A program made the position numbers and the translations under genes. 64,000 bases of DNA from Rhodanobacter sp. (GTDB taxonomy: Bacteria > Pseudomonadota > Gammaproteobacteria > Xanthomonadales > Rhodanobacteraceae): positions 18,132-82,131 of the forward strand of contig JBOHYM010000031.1 of NCBI GenBank assembly GCA_050737735.1. Reading direction: 5' to 3'. Shown piece by piece: positions 1 through 10,304 of this stretch; position 1 is the first letter of the stretch, and every line of letters starts with the position of its first letter. Under the pieces are notes generated by a model. The model was not told the origin of the DNA. It searched no databases and was given only the letters and a program-made list of their open reading frames with translations.

Positions 1-1116
1 GCGCAGGCCCTTGACGATCAGCATGTCGAGCAGGGCCGGCAGCGCCTCGTGCAGCGGCAGGCCGACGCCTTCCATCAGGGTCTGCGGCGCGGCGCCGGTG
101 CCACCTTCGGAGCCGTCGACGATGATGAAGTCCGGCGCACTCTCGATGCCACGCCGGTGCACTTCGTCGCACAGCTCGCCGATCCATTCCACCCCGCCGA
201 GTACCGCCTTGAAGCCGACCGGCTTGCCGGTGAGCTCGCGGATATGCTGGATGCTGTCCATCAGTTGTGGCACGTTGCCGATGTCCAGGTGGCGGTTCGG
301 GCTCTGCGAATCCTCGCCAACCGGAATGCCGCGGATCGCCGCGATTTCCGCGGTGACCTTGGCGCCGGGCAGCAAGCCGCCCATGCCCGGTTTGGCGCCC
401 TGCCCCAGCTTGATGCTGACCATCTTGACCTGCTCGTGTGCACAGATCGCCAGCAGCTTGCCGTCATCGAGCTTGCCGTCGGGCGTGCGCACGCCGTACT
501 TGGCGGTACCGATCTCGAAGATGATGTCGCAGCCGCCTTCGAGGTGATACGGCGCCAGGCCGCCTTCGCCGGTATCCATCCAGATGCCGGCCTTGGCCGC
601 GCCGCGTGACAGGGCACGCACTGCTGGCGCCGACAGCGCACCGAAACTCATCGCCGAGATATTGAAGAACGACGCGTGGCTGTACGGCTCGCGCGCATAC
701 GGACCGATCGTCACCGGCACCGGCTTGACGTGATCCATGCCCAGATCCGGAAACGGCGCGTTGACGAAGAACGGTACGCCCTCGGCGCGCAGGTCACGGC
801 TGGAGCCGAATGCGTTGGTGTTGTCCACGTCCTTGGCGGCGCGGTACACCCAGGTGCGCTGCGCGCGGTTGAACGGCATTTCCTCGCGATCGCTGGAATA
901 CAGGTACTGACGGAAGAACTCGCCCAGATGCAGGAACCAGTAACGGAAGTGACCTACTACCGGGAAGTTGCGCAGCACCGCGTTGCCGGTCTGGTTGCGG
1001 TCGGCTACCCAGGTCGCCAGCACGATCACCACCACCAGTGCCAGGAACAGCAGCGCGAACGCGGTGCAGAGTTCCACCACCACGACCAGCCACTGCGCAA
1101 ATCCCCTCGGTTCCAT
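1..1116 (-). CDS. FMN-binding glutamate synthase family protein (3' end runs off the window)
   Basis: Read manually on the minus strand from ATG at 1116: MEPRGFAQWLVVVVELC...NFPVVGHFRYW...DREEMPFNRAQRTWVYRAAK. N-terminal TM plus the family's typical N-terminus; SD-like GAGAGG upstream. Absent from the ORF track because it has no stop in the window. Confidence 0.85.
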   Translation of the reverse strand, partial: MEPRGFAQWLVVVVELCTAFALLFLALVVVIVLATWVADRNQTGNAVLRNFPVVGHFRYWFLHLGEFFRQYLYSSDREEMPFNRAQRTWVYRAAKDVDNTNAFGSSRDLRAEGVPFFVNAPFPDLGMDHVKPVPVTIGPYAREPYSHASFFNISAMSFGALSAPAVRALSRGAAKAGIWMDTGEGGLAPYHLEGGCDIIFEIGTAKYGVRTPDGKLDDGKLLAICAHEQVKMVSIKLGQGAKPGMGGLLPGAKVTAEIAAIRGIPVGEDSQSPNRHLDIGNVPQLMDSIQHIRELTGKPVGFKAVLGGVEWIGELCDEVHRRGIESAPDFIIVDGSEGGTGAAPQTLMEGVGLPLHEALPALLDMLIVKGLR

Positions 1117-1191
1117 GCTGCGTTCCTCTCTGTGGTTCAATCGCCTTGCTGCGGCAAGCCTATCGCATCGTACCGATATCGACCCGCGTGC

Positions 1192-2403
1192 TCACAATTC
1201 GATACGCAGGCATTTCGCGGCACGCACCGCCTTGGCCACCGCCACCTCCAGCGTATCCGCGCGCGCCAGCGTTACCGCCATGCGTCGACGGCCACTGACG
1301 GTCGGCTTGCCGAAGATGCGCAGTTGCGTATCCGGTTCGGCCAGTGCCTCGGCCACGCCGTGGTAACGCGGCCCGGCACCATCACCCGCGACCAGCACCG
1401 CGCACGAGGCCGATGGTCCGTATTGGTGGATCACCGGAATCGGCAGACCGAGGATCGCCCGCGCATGCAGCGCGAACTCGGAGAACTCCTGCGAGATCAG
1501 CGTGACCAGGCCGGTATCGTGCGGACGCGGACTGACCTCGGAGAAGATCACCGCATCACCCTTGATAAAAAACTCCACACCAAACACGCCCCAGCCACCG
1601 AGCGCTCCGGTCACCGCCGCAGCCTGCCGCTGCGCCTCGGCCAGCGCGACTTCACTCATTGGCTGCGGCTGCCACGATTCGCGGTAGTCGCCATCCTCCT
1701 GGCGGTGACCGATCGGCGCGCAGAAGCTGACACCGCTTGTGGCAAGCATTGAATTACTTTCGCCATCAGTGTGTTGCACGGTAAGCAGGGTGATCTCGTA
1801 ATCGAAGGCGACAAAGCCTTCGACGATCACCCGACCCTTGCCGGCCCGTCCGCCGGACTGCGCGTAATCCCACGCATGCTGCAGTTCGTCGGCGTTACGC
1901 ACCACGCTCTGGCCCTTGCCGGACGAACTCATCACCGGCTTGATCACGAACGGGTAACCGATCGCGGCCGCTGCCTCGCGGTACTGCGTTTCATCGTCGC
2001 AAAAGCGATACGGCGAGGTCGGCAGCTTCAGTTCCTCCGCTGCCAACCGGCGGATGCCTTCGCGATCCATCGTCAGCCACGCGGCGCGTGCCGTAGGAAT
2101 CACACGCTGCCCTTCCTTCTCCAGCTCGATCAGGGTCGGTGTGTGGATCGCCTCGATCTCCGGCACCACCAGGTCGGGCTTTTCCAGCTCGATCACTGCG
2201 CGCAGTGCCTTGCCGTCGAGCATGTCGATCACGTGGCTGCGGTGGGCGATCTGCATCGCCGGTGCGTTGGCGTAGCGATCCACCGCGATCACCTCCACCG
2301 CGTAGCGCTGCAGTTCGATCGCCACCTCCTTGCCCAGTTCGCCGGCGCCCAGCAGCAGGACGCGCAGTGCGTGATCGGAATGGGGCGTACCAAACGGTTT
2401 CAT
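1192..2403 (-). CDS. purT: Formate-dependent phosphoribosylglycinamide formyltransferase
   Basis: [40 protein letters not shown]-grasp motifs; start set at MKPFGTP (2403). Confidence 0.96.
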   Translation of the reverse strand: MKPFGTPHSDHALRVLLLGAGELGKEVAIELQRYAVEVIAVDRYANAPAMQIAHRSHVIDMLDGKALRAVIELEKPDLVVPEIEAIHTPTLIELEKEGQRVIPTARAAWLTMDREGIRRLAAEELKLPTSPYRFCDDETQYREAAAAIGYPFVIKPVMSSSGKGQSVVRNADELQHAWDYAQSGGRAGKGRVIVEGFVAFDYEITLLTVQHTDGESNSMLATSGVSFCAPIGHRQEDGDYRESWQPQPMSEVALAEAQRQAAAVTGALGGWGVFGVEFFIKGDAVIFSEVSPRPHDTGLVTLISQEFSEFALHARAILGLPIPVIHQYGPSASCAVLVAGDGAGPRYHGVAEALAEPDTQLRIFGKPTVSGRRRMAVTLARADTLEVAVAKAVRAAKCLRIEL

Positions 2404-2503
2404 CGGGTTCTCCAGCGCAGGCAAAGCGGCATTGTATGCGGCCAGGATGCCGATCATGCCGCCATGAGCTACACGATCAGGTGGCTCAAGATGGGCACTT
2501 GCA

Positions 2504-2530
2504 TTTGATATCTATTTGATATCTACTTGA
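2504..2530. promoter_or_regulatory. Tandem 11-bp direct repeat TTTGATATCTA x2 plus partial CTTGA; candidate operator
   Basis: Exact repeats at 2504-2514 and 2515-2525, immediately upstream of the SD (GGAGA) of the SPFH gene. Confidence 0.55.
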
Positions 2531-2552
2531 CACATCTCAGGGAGACAACACC

Positions 2553-3422
2553 ATGAACGAACGCAATGGTTTTTCCTTCGCAGGCATTCCCATGATCGGT
2601 TTCTGCATCGTGCTGGCCGGCATCGGCTTCGCGCTGCTGCTCTCGGCCGATTCGGCAGCACCCGGAGGACATGTGATTGGCGCCGTCGCCTCGCTGTTCA
2701 TCGAAGTCTTCATGCTCAAGGGCTTCTTCCAAGTCGCACCGAACGAAGGCCAAGTGCTGCAACTGTTCGGCAAGTACGTCGGCACCGTGCGCGAGGCGGG
2801 CCTGCGCTGGACCAACCCGTTCTACAGCAAGCAGCGCCTGTCGCTGCGCGTGCGCAATTTCGAGAGCAGCAAGCTGAAGGTCAACGACAGCGATGGCAAT
2901 CCGATCGAGATCGCCGCGGTGGTGGTCTGGCAGGTGGTGGATACCGCCGAAGCCGTGTTCTGCGTGGACGACTACGAAAACTACGTGCACATCCAGAGCG
3001 AGTCGGCCTTGCGCCAGATGGCGCAGAGCTATCCCTACGACTCGCACGACGACGGCAAGCCCTCGCTGCGCAGCCATGGTGACGAGATCAACACGCATCT
3101 GCGCGACGAGATCCAGGCCCGCCTCGGCAAGGCCGGCGTGCAGGTCACCGAAGCGCGCATCAGCCACCTCGCCTACGCCCAGGAAATCGCCCAGGCCATG
3201 CTGCAGCGCCAGCAGGCCGGCGCGATCATCGCGGCGCGCACGAAGATCGTCGAGGGCGCGGTGAGCATGGTCGAGATGGCACTCGACCAACTCAGCCAAC
3301 GCGGTGTGGTAACCCTCGACGAGGAGCGCAAGGCGGCGATGGTCAGCAACCTGCTGGTGGTGCTGTGCGGCGAGCGCGGCACCCAGCCGGTGGTGAATAC
3401 CGGCACGCTGTACAGCGGTTGA
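2553..3422 (+). CDS. SPFH/band 7 domain membrane protein
   Basis: Two N-terminal TM helices; [45 protein letters not shown] motifs. Confidence 0.9.
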   Translation: MNERNGFSFAGIPMIGFCIVLAGIGFALLLSADSAAPGGHVIGAVASLFIEVFMLKGFFQVAPNEGQVLQLFGKYVGTVREAGLRWTNPFYSKQRLSLRVRNFESSKLKVNDSDGNPIEIAAVVVWQVVDTAEAVFCVDDYENYVHIQSESALRQMAQSYPYDSHDDGKPSLRSHGDEINTHLRDEIQARLGKAGVQVTEARISHLAYAQEIAQAMLQRQQAGAIIAARTKIVEGAVSMVEMALDQLSQRGVVTLDEERKAAMVSNLLVVLCGERGTQPVVNTGTLYSG

Positions 3423-3472
3423 TAGACGCCATGACCAGCACTGTCAGCCGACCACGGCAATACTGAGACCGC

Positions 3473-3664
3473 ATGGCCGCCGAGAAAAAAGCCTATCCAC
3501 TGCGCATCAGCGCTGTCGTGCTCGACGCGATGCAACGCTGGTCCGACGACGAGTTGCGCAGTGTCAACGCGCAGATCGAATACGTGTTGCGCGAGGCGCT
3601 GCGCAAGAACGGTCGACTGAAGTCCGACAAGGCCGCGCCACCGACCGATGACGACAACCACTGA
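3473..3664 (+). CDS. Arc-like ribbon-helix-helix DNA-binding protein
   Basis: KKAYPLRI...WSDDELRSVNAQIEYVLREAL is the Arc/RHH pattern; it directly follows the SPFH gene. Confidence 0.85.
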   Translation: MAAEKKAYPLRISAVVLDAMQRWSDDELRSVNAQIEYVLREALRKNGRLKSDKAAPPTDDDNH

Positions 3665-3685
3665 ATCACCTCAGGAAGAGTGCCA

Positions 3686-3880
3686 ATGAATGCAACATGG
3701 GAATACAAGGTAGTGACGTTGAAGCATGGTGGTGGTGGCTTCACGCTCACCCTGACGCCAGCGGACGACGAGACCATTACTGCGCTCAACCGCGAGGGGG
3801 CGCTGGGCTGGGAGCTGGTCAACGCCGTCTGCGCCGGCCCGGTCCAGCCGACTGTGCTGTACTTCAAGCGGCCGCGTTGA
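3686..3880 (+). CDS. DUF4177-like small protein
   Basis: WEYKVV...LNREGALGWELV...LYFKRP pattern; SD AGGAAG upstream. Confidence 0.8.
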   Translation: MNATWEYKVVTLKHGGGGFTLTLTPADDETITALNREGALGWELVNAVCAGPVQPTVLYFKRPR

Positions 3881-3913
3881 GCGGCCACGCATGAACCTTG
3901 CGAGGGATTCACG

Positions 3914-5269
3914 ATGATCCGTTCCCTGCTCCTTGCCGCAGCCGTCATGGCTGCCAGCGGCGCGGCCCTCGCCGACGAGTCGCAAGTCGATCTGTGTCGC
4001 ACACGCTCCGACGAGATTCTGCACGCACTGCAGAAAGGCGACTACGCCACGGCAAGAACTCATTTCGATGCGCGCATGCAGGCTGGGCTGGATGCGCAGA
4101 AACTCGGTCAGGTCTGGCAGCAGATACTGCCGCAGAAACTGGGCACCTACGACCACGCCGAAGCAGCGAATGTACGCCAAGCCAATGATCACCCCATCGC
4201 CGAAACACCGTTGCATTTCGCCAACGGCTGGCTGTCGATGCGCGTGAGCTGCGACGACTCCGGCAAGGTCGATGGATTATTCTTTATACCGGGCCAGCCA
4301 CCCGTAGCGGCAGAGGTAGACATGACCCATGAGCAGCCGCTGTCCGTGCCATCGCCACTTGGCCCGCTGCCCGGCACGCTGACCCTGCCCACGGGCAATG
4401 GTCCGTTCCCCGTCGTGCTGCTGGTCGCCGGCTCCGGCCCCAACGACCGCGACGAAACGATTGGTCCGAACAAACCATTCCGGGATCTCGCGCAGGGGCT
4501 GGCCGCTGCGGGTATCGCCTCACTGCGTTACGACAAGCGCACGCATGTCTATGGCCCGCAGATGGCGGCCGACCAGGCAATCACGGTCGATGACGAGGTG
4601 ACCGATGACGCCGTCAGCGCACTGCATCTTCTAGCCACACGGGCGCATATCGATCCGGCACGCATGTTCGTGCTTGGTCACAGCCTGGGCGCGTTGATGG
4701 CGCCGCGCATCGGCCAGCGCGACTCGCAAGTAGCCGGCCTGATCCTGCTGGCCGCTCCAGCCACGTTCGACCTGGATCTGGTGCTACGTCAAATCAACTA
4801 CATCGGCCATGTGCAAGGCGCGGATGCAGCCGTGATGGAAAAACAGACTGCGCCGATCATCGCGGCACGTAATGCGATGGCCCACGCCGACCCTGCCCAT
4901 CCACCGGCCGGCATGTTCTTCCACGCACCCGCCAGTTACTGGCTCAGCCTGCGCAACTACAACGCAGTCAACACGGCAAAGACCCTGCGCATGCCGATGC
5001 TGGTGCTGCAGGGCGCGCGCGACTACCAGGTCACTGCGGCAGACGAGTTCGCGCAATGGCAGGCCGCTTTTGCGCATGATCCACGGGTGAAGCTTTCGAG
5101 CTATCCGGGCCTCGGTCACCTGTTCATGCCGGCCGGCGATCCACCGTCTCCCGCCGACTATGCACACGCCGGGCATGTCGATGCACAAGTTATCCGCGAC
5201 ATCACGGCCTGGATCCTGAACACGCCAGCCAACACACCGACACAACGCCGTAAGCCGGTGCAGGAATAA
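3914..5269 (+). CDS. Secreted alpha/beta hydrolase with N-terminal DUF3887-like domain
   Basis: Signal peptide; GSGPNDRDE, GHSLG nucleophile elbow, DYQV and GHLF motifs. Confidence 0.85.
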   Translation: MIRSLLLAAAVMAASGAALADESQVDLCRTRSDEILHALQKGDYATARTHFDARMQAGLDAQKLGQVWQQILPQKLGTYDHAEAANVRQANDHPIAETPLHFANGWLSMRVSCDDSGKVDGLFFIPGQPPVAAEVDMTHEQPLSVPSPLGPLPGTLTLPTGNGPFPVVLLVAGSGPNDRDETIGPNKPFRDLAQGLAAAGIASLRYDKRTHVYGPQMAADQAITVDDEVTDDAVSALHLLATRAHIDPARMFVLGHSLGALMAPRIGQRDSQVAGLILLAAPATFDLDLVLRQINYIGHVQGADAAVMEKQTAPIIAARNAMAHADPAHPPAGMFFHAPASYWLSLRNYNAVNTAKTLRMPMLVLQGARDYQVTAADEFAQWQAAFAHDPRVKLSSYPGLGHLFMPAGDPPSPADYAHAGHVDAQVIRDITAWILNTPANTPTQRRKPVQE

Positions 5270-5327
5270 AGCCAGCGAAGGCTGCATGTGGCATTGCCGC
5301 TGGCCGCCAGCCTCTGAGCGCGATAGC

Positions 5328-5690
5328 TCAGGGATCGCTGGAAGCGACCCGCTGCAGCTGCGGCAACTTCAGCTCGTTGCGCGTGCCGTCATCGTCGATC
5401 ACGAACAGGTGACCATCACGTTGCGCCAGCGTCGCCACGTCGCCCACGCTTCCGGCACCGAGCTGTCGTAGCGGCCGGCCATCGGTGGCGTCATAGACGG
5501 TCAGCTGATTGGCCGGGTCATCGGCGACCAACAGCCAGTCGTGGCGGGCATCGTGCCAGCGCATCAACGAACCGGAACCTGGCAACGGCCGAACCAGTCC
5601 GAACCCGTTCAGCACGATCACGAACAACACCGCCAGCATGCCGGCAGCGGCCAACCATGAAGGGGTGCGCAGGAGCGTGGCGAGGTTCAT
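5328..5690 (-). CDS. Small membrane-anchored hypothetical protein (beta-propeller-blade-like)
   Basis: N-terminal hydrophobic helix followed by DWLLVADDPANQLTVYDATDGRPLR. Confidence 0.6.
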   Translation of the reverse strand: MNLATLLRTPSWLAAAGMLAVLFVIVLNGFGLVRPLPGSGSLMRWHDARHDWLLVADDPANQLTVYDATDGRPLRQLGAGSVGDVATLAQRDGHLFVIDDDGTRNELKLPQLQRVASSDP

Positions 5691-5741
5691 GCCCGCATGC
5701 TGACGCAGCGGCATGACAGGCGAGTGACGAGTCGGCCGGCA

Positions 5742-6137
5742 TCAATCCGCGCGCGTGCGCAGCGACAGGCCCAATGCGATCCAGCCACTGATAAAGGCCA
5801 AGCCGCCAAACGGCGTGATGATGCCGACCCAGCGCGGCGCACCCAGGGCGAGCGCATACAGGCTGCCACTGAACAGCACGATGCCGAGCGCGAAAGCGAT
5901 CATTGCAAAGCGACCGCTGCGGCCACGACCCAGCCCCACGGCAAGTGCCAACGCCAGCGCATGCCAGACGTGGTAGTTCACCGCGGTATGCCACAGCTCG
6001 TTGCTGCGTGCGTCAAGTACGTCACGCAAGGCATGCGCACCGAACGCGCCCAGCAGCACCGCGCTGGCGCCCGCCACGCCGACCAGCAGGCCGGCCGCGG
6101 TCGATACGCCCCGGGTATTGACAGGTTGTCGCAGCAT
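5742..6137 (-). CDS. DUF423 family membrane protein
   Basis: GAFGAHAL, YHVWHALAL, LFSGSLY, ITPFGG motifs. Confidence 0.9.
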   Translation of the reverse strand: MLRQPVNTRGVSTAAGLLVGVAGASAVLLGAFGAHALRDVLDARSNELWHTAVNYHVWHALALALAVGLGRGRSGRFAMIAFALGIVLFSGSLYALALGAPRWVGIITPFGGLAFISGWIALGLSLRTRAD

Positions 6138-6216
6138 GGCTGGATTCTCCGGTGGCGTGGCCCGGCGGCACGACCGCTGGCGTATGCTTGATGGGTTGAA
6201 AGCACCGGATTCTCGC

Positions 6217-6834
6217 ATGAAGCTCGCTCACCTGCCGCGCATTGCCCTGCTGTTGCTGCTGCTCGCTTTTGGTCTGCTGCTGGGCGGTTGCCAGCGTAAC
6301 GCTCCGCTGCCATTGCGGCTGACCAATATCAGCGGCCACATGCCGGATCTCGACTTCAAGCTCACCGACGATCACGGCAAGCCGGTCACCGGCGCCGACT
6401 ATCGTGGCAAGGTGGTGCTGCTGTATTTCGGCTATACGCATTGCCCGGATGTCTGCCCGTTGACCCTGGCGCAGCTGCACGTGGTGATGCAGCGGCTGGG
6501 GCCGCTGGCCGACGATGCGCGCATCCTGTTCGTCAGCGTCGACCCGACCCGCGACACGCCGGACGTGATGCATGCCTACGTCAATGCATTCGACCCGCGC
6601 GCGGTCGGCCTCACCGGCGACGCGCGCGCGATCGAGGCCTTGAGCAAACGCTACCGTTCGGCGTTCACCCGCGAACCGGGCAAGCCCGACGGCAGCTACG
6701 AAGTCAGTCACAGTTCGGCGATCTATCTGTTCGACCGCGACGGCCACGCGCGCGCGCTGGCCACGCCGTCCGCCTCGCAGGACGACATCGTGCACGACCT
6801 GCACCTGCTGCTCGACAGCGGAGCCGCGTCATGA
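6217..6834 (+). CDS. SCO1/SenC family copper chaperone (lipoprotein)
   Basis: FGYTHCPDVCP (CxxxC), VSVDPTRDTP and conserved His (VSHSS); lipobox LLGGC. Confidence 0.93.
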   Translation: MKLAHLPRIALLLLLLAFGLLLGGCQRNAPLPLRLTNISGHMPDLDFKLTDDHGKPVTGADYRGKVVLLYFGYTHCPDVCPLTLAQLHVVMQRLGPLADDARILFVSVDPTRDTPDVMHAYVNAFDPRAVGLTGDARAIEALSKRYRSAFTREPGKPDGSYEVSHSSAIYLFDRDGHARALATPSASQDDIVHDLHLLLDSGAAS

Positions 6835-7331
6835 AACTACCTGCCTTGCCATGGCTGCTCGCCGGCCTGCTCGCGGCTGGCGGCGCACAGGCCACTGCCG
6901 CCGACCATGTGCATGCCAGCCATGCCTGGATCCGCGTGCTGCCCGGCGACCTGCCGGCCGGGGCCTATGTCACGCTGCGGAACGACGGCGACCAGCCGGT
7001 GGCGCTGAGCGGTGCCCGCAGCACGGCCTACGCCGAGGTAATGCTGCACCACAGTTCCAGCGCGGGCGGCATGAGCCGCATGACCATGGTCGATGCGCTG
7101 ACCGTGCCGGCCCACGGCACCGCGGTGCTGGCGCCAGCCGGCTATCACCTGATGCTGATGAAGGCGGCTACGCCGGTGAAGCCGGGCGATACGGTCAGGC
7201 TGACGCTCACCTTCACCGATGGCAGCACGCTGGCCACCGACTTCATCGCACGACCGGCCAATACGGTGGATGATGGCAACGATCAGGCCATGCCGGCGAC
7301 GGGAGCGATGGATCCGCACGCGGGCCACTGA
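6831..7331 (+). CDS. Periplasmic copper chaperone PCu(A)C
   Basis: Signal peptide; H...M...H.M motif (MLHHS..GGMSRM; GYHLMLM); ATGA overlap with the sco gene. Confidence 0.9.
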   Translation: MKLPALPWLLAGLLAAGGAQATAADHVHASHAWIRVLPGDLPAGAYVTLRNDGDQPVALSGARSTAYAEVMLHHSSSAGGMSRMTMVDALTVPAHGTAVLAPAGYHLMLMKAATPVKPGDTVRLTLTFTDGSTLATDFIARPANTVDDGNDQAMPATGAMDPHAGH

Positions 7332-7345
7332 GCCCACCGCGAAGC

Positions 7346-8224
7346 TCAGTCCGGCACGATCACATCGACAGCCGCATGTGTGGGCGGCCGCCGCCTTGGC
7401 AGACTGCGCGGCAAGCGTCCGCTGCGTGACAGCCGCAACCATTGGCGCAGCGCCAGCAGCCCGCCGATCGACTCGATCATGGCCGCCGGCACCCAGGTAA
7501 TCACGCCGCCGATCAACTGCCCGGTCAGCACGTTGAAGGTGAACGCGCGGCCGCAGATCTCGAAGATCGGGTACAGGTCGGTCTTGGAAAACGTGACTAT
7601 GGCGCCGGCGAGGATCTGCGGCGTCATGGTGATCCCCGGCGACAGCACGCGCAGGCCCGCGGTCATCCGTCCCGGCGGATGCGGCCGGTGATCGAGTACC
7701 AGCGACCAGTAGGCGAAGCCGCTGATCAGCATCGTCCAGTTCATGAAGCGGTAGATGCGCCAGTCCAGCATCGCCAGCGTCTGCAGGGCCGGAACCAGCC
7801 AGATCAGCACGAACACCACGAACAGCACGGTGGCCACCAGCGGGTTCAGGATTACCCCGCTGAGCAGCCGCCACGGCCACGACCGCTGCAGCGGCCGCAG
7901 CACGCGCACTCGCCACGCCAACGGCAGGCCGGCGCGCAGCACGGAAGCCGGATAGGTGGCGACGATCAGCAGCGGCGCCAGGTGATGCAGCAGCAACTGC
8001 TGGATGCGGTGTATGAAGAATTCATGCTCGGCGTAATAGTCCAGATAGGTCTGCAGCGACAGGTAGATGATCGCCATGCCGATCCAGAACGCCAGTTTGC
8101 GGCCGAAACTCACCGGCAACCGGCGGCTGCCGCGCAGGTACAGCACGCAGGTCCCCACGAAGATCGCGAGGAACACCCACGAAAACTCCCACGGCACGAT
8201 CCATTTCAACAACGTTGCGATCAC
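7346..8224 (-). CDS. Cytochrome c oxidase assembly protein (caa3 CtaG-like)
   Basis: Multi-TM; HRIQQLLLHHLAPLL and GQLIGGVITWVP motifs. Confidence 0.85.
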   Translation of the reverse strand: MIATLLKWIVPWEFSWVFLAIFVGTCVLYLRGSRRLPVSFGRKLAFWIGMAIIYLSLQTYLDYYAEHEFFIHRIQQLLLHHLAPLLIVATYPASVLRAGLPLAWRVRVLRPLQRSWPWRLLSGVILNPLVATVLFVVFVLIWLVPALQTLAMLDWRIYRFMNWTMLISGFAYWSLVLDHRPHPPGRMTAGLRVLSPGITMTPQILAGAIVTFSKTDLYPIFEICGRAFTFNVLTGQLIGGVITWVPAAMIESIGGLLALRQWLRLSRSGRLPRSLPRRRPPTHAAVDVIVPD

Positions 8225-8384
8225 GTCAATCCACCAGCGACCCTATCTGACTCAGCACCACGACCGGAAACCTGTCCGCAACCATCCCGCCGGTTGCGAC
8301 CACCCAGCATAGTGCCGCACACGCCGCCTGCCTTGCGGCAGATTGCCGCTCGCCGCTTCAGGCGGCATTCGCCAGCTGCCGCCA

Positions 8385-10304
8385 TCATCTGCGCTGACGA
8401 CTGCGCCGACTACGGCGCCAGCCGTAAAGCAGCCCGATCAACACCACCAGCGCCGGCACCAGCACGATGTTGATGAACTTCACGCGCAGCCCGAGCGCGT
8501 CGATCTCGGCGTTGAGCTGATGCTGCACCTCGCGCAGCTCCTTGTTGATCGCCAGCTGGCGCTGGCGGAACTGCTCGATTTCCTGCCGTTGCTCGGCAGT
8601 GGCAGTACCGCCATGGCCGCCCTTGGCCGGCTGCAACTCGTCCAGGCGGCGCCTGGTCACGGCCAGTTCCTGTTCCAGCTCCTGTTCCTTGGCCTTGAAT
8701 TTCTGATCGGCCGCGTTCTGCAACGCCAGCACGCGGGTGAAGGGGCGCTGCGAAGTGGAGCGGCCGCGGATCGACAGCAGTGCCGAGGAACCGCTGAGGT
8801 TGTCGACCAGGTTGGTGACGAAATCGCCGTTGTTGGCGAAGGCCTGCATCATCGTCTGGCCGAGCATGGTCTGTGGCTCCACCCACAAACGGTCGCTGAG
8901 CAGGTCGGTATCGGCGATCAGGATCACCTCGGCATTCGGTGCGGAATGGGCCAGGTATCCCGGCTGACCGGCACGCTCGGGAAACGCGCTGTTGAGCGTG
9001 CCGCGCAGGCGCGCCGCCAGCACGTAGTGGTTGTTGTCCGGCTTGTATCCCTGCAGCAGCACGGTGGGATCACTGGCCGCATCCAGCACCCGCTGGGTGG
9101 GCACCACCTCGGCTTCCGCACTGCTTTGCAGCAAGGGGATCAGCCGCGTGCGCGCATCGTGTGCCAGATCGAAATAGCCGATGGTGGAGACGTTGATGCG
9201 CTGCAGGCTGGCCGTGATCGCGTCGTCGCGGTTGAGTTCCTGCGCACTGAGACCGAGCATCGCCGGGTGGTTGAAGCTGCTGCCGGCAAGTTCGATCGAC
9301 AACGCGCGGGAACGATCAAGCACCACCTTGCGTGGGTCGTAGAGCACGCCCCACGCCGCAAACAGGCGCGGCAGGTCCGAGCTGTGGTCGGGGAAGGTCG
9401 GGCTGTCGGCAACGTAGGGCGTGGTGTCGAGCTCCGCATCCGGATCGACGAACACCGCCAGATGACCGCCATGCAGCACGTACTGCTCGACCGCATACTG
9501 CACATCGGGCGGCAGCTGCTTGGGATGGATCAGCAGCAGCACCTTGATGCTCTCATCGACGTGCTTCAGCGTGGCCGCGTCCAGCATCTTCACGTCGAAC
9601 AACTGGTCAAGCTGCTGCATCACCGTCCACGCCGGCTGGCCGAGCATCGGGTTGCCGGCGACCGGCAGCGAGCTGACCACCCCGATCGACGGCTTGCTGG
9701 TCTGATTCAGCTCGTACAGCAGCTTGGCAATGTCGTATTCGACAAACGCCTCGCGCGCCGGATCGAAGAACGGGATCGCCAGTGTCTTCTCGGCCACGCG
9801 ATCCTCGATGGTGTCCCCGTCGGCACCTGCCACCATGGCGCTGCCGACCAGGCCGAAGAACACCCGCTCGCCGTTGCTGCCGCCATTGGCCGCGGTCAGG
9901 CCACCGCCTTCGGCACTCGCCTCGTCGTCCGAGTACGGCACCGGATCGATCACCTGCAAGCGGATGCGGCCGTGCGAACGCGCCACCATCTCCTGCAGCA
10001 TCTCGCGCACGCGCTGTTCGTAACTGCGCAGCTGCGGCAGGTCGCGGGTGGCGTGCTCGGAGAAATACAGGGTCAGTCGCAGCGGCCGATGCAGTGTGTC
10101 GACGATCTGCAGCGTGCCGGGTGTCAGCGTGTACAGCTTGTCGGTAGTGAGGTCGATCCGCGACGCATGCAGCAAGCGGCTGCTGGCCACGATCAGTGGC
10201 ACGAACACCAGCACCAGCAGTACCAGCCCTGCATACAGCGCGCTGCGCCGGGTCAGTCGCAGCGGGGTGGAAAGGACGGGCGACAGGTGCAGGCGCGGCA
10301 TCAC
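8385..10304 (-). CDS. GldG-like ABC transporter substrate-binding/auxiliary component
   Basis: RIDLTTDKLYTLTPGT, VIDPVPYSDDE, ADTDLLSD, NGDFVTNLVDNL; N- and C-terminal TM helices. Confidence 0.85.
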   Translation of the reverse strand: MMPRLHLSPVLSTPLRLTRRSALYAGLVLLVLVFVPLIVASSRLLHASRIDLTTDKLYTLTPGTLQIVDTLHRPLRLTLYFSEHATRDLPQLRSYEQRVREMLQEMVARSHGRIRLQVIDPVPYSDDEASAEGGGLTAANGGSNGERVFFGLVGSAMVAGADGDTIEDRVAEKTLAIPFFDPAREAFVEYDIAKLLYELNQTSKPSIGVVSSLPVAGNPMLGQPAWTVMQQLDQLFDVKMLDAATLKHVDESIKVLLLIHPKQLPPDVQYAVEQYVLHGGHLAVFVDPDAELDTTPYVADSPTFPDHSSDLPRLFAAWGVLYDPRKVVLDRSRALSIELAGSSFNHPAMLGLSAQELNRDDAITASLQRINVSTIGYFDLAHDARTRLIPLLQSSAEAEVVPTQRVLDAASDPTVLLQGYKPDNNHYVLAARLRGTLNSAFPERAGQPGYLAHSAPNAEVILIADTDLLSDRLWVEPQTMLGQTMMQAFANNGDFVTNLVDNLSGSSALLSIRGRSTSQRPFTRVLALQNAADQKFKAKEQELEQELAVTRRRLDELQPAKGGHGGTATAEQRQEIEQFRQRQLAINKELREVQHQLNAEIDALGLRVKFINIVLVPALVVLIGLLYGWRRSRRSRQRR

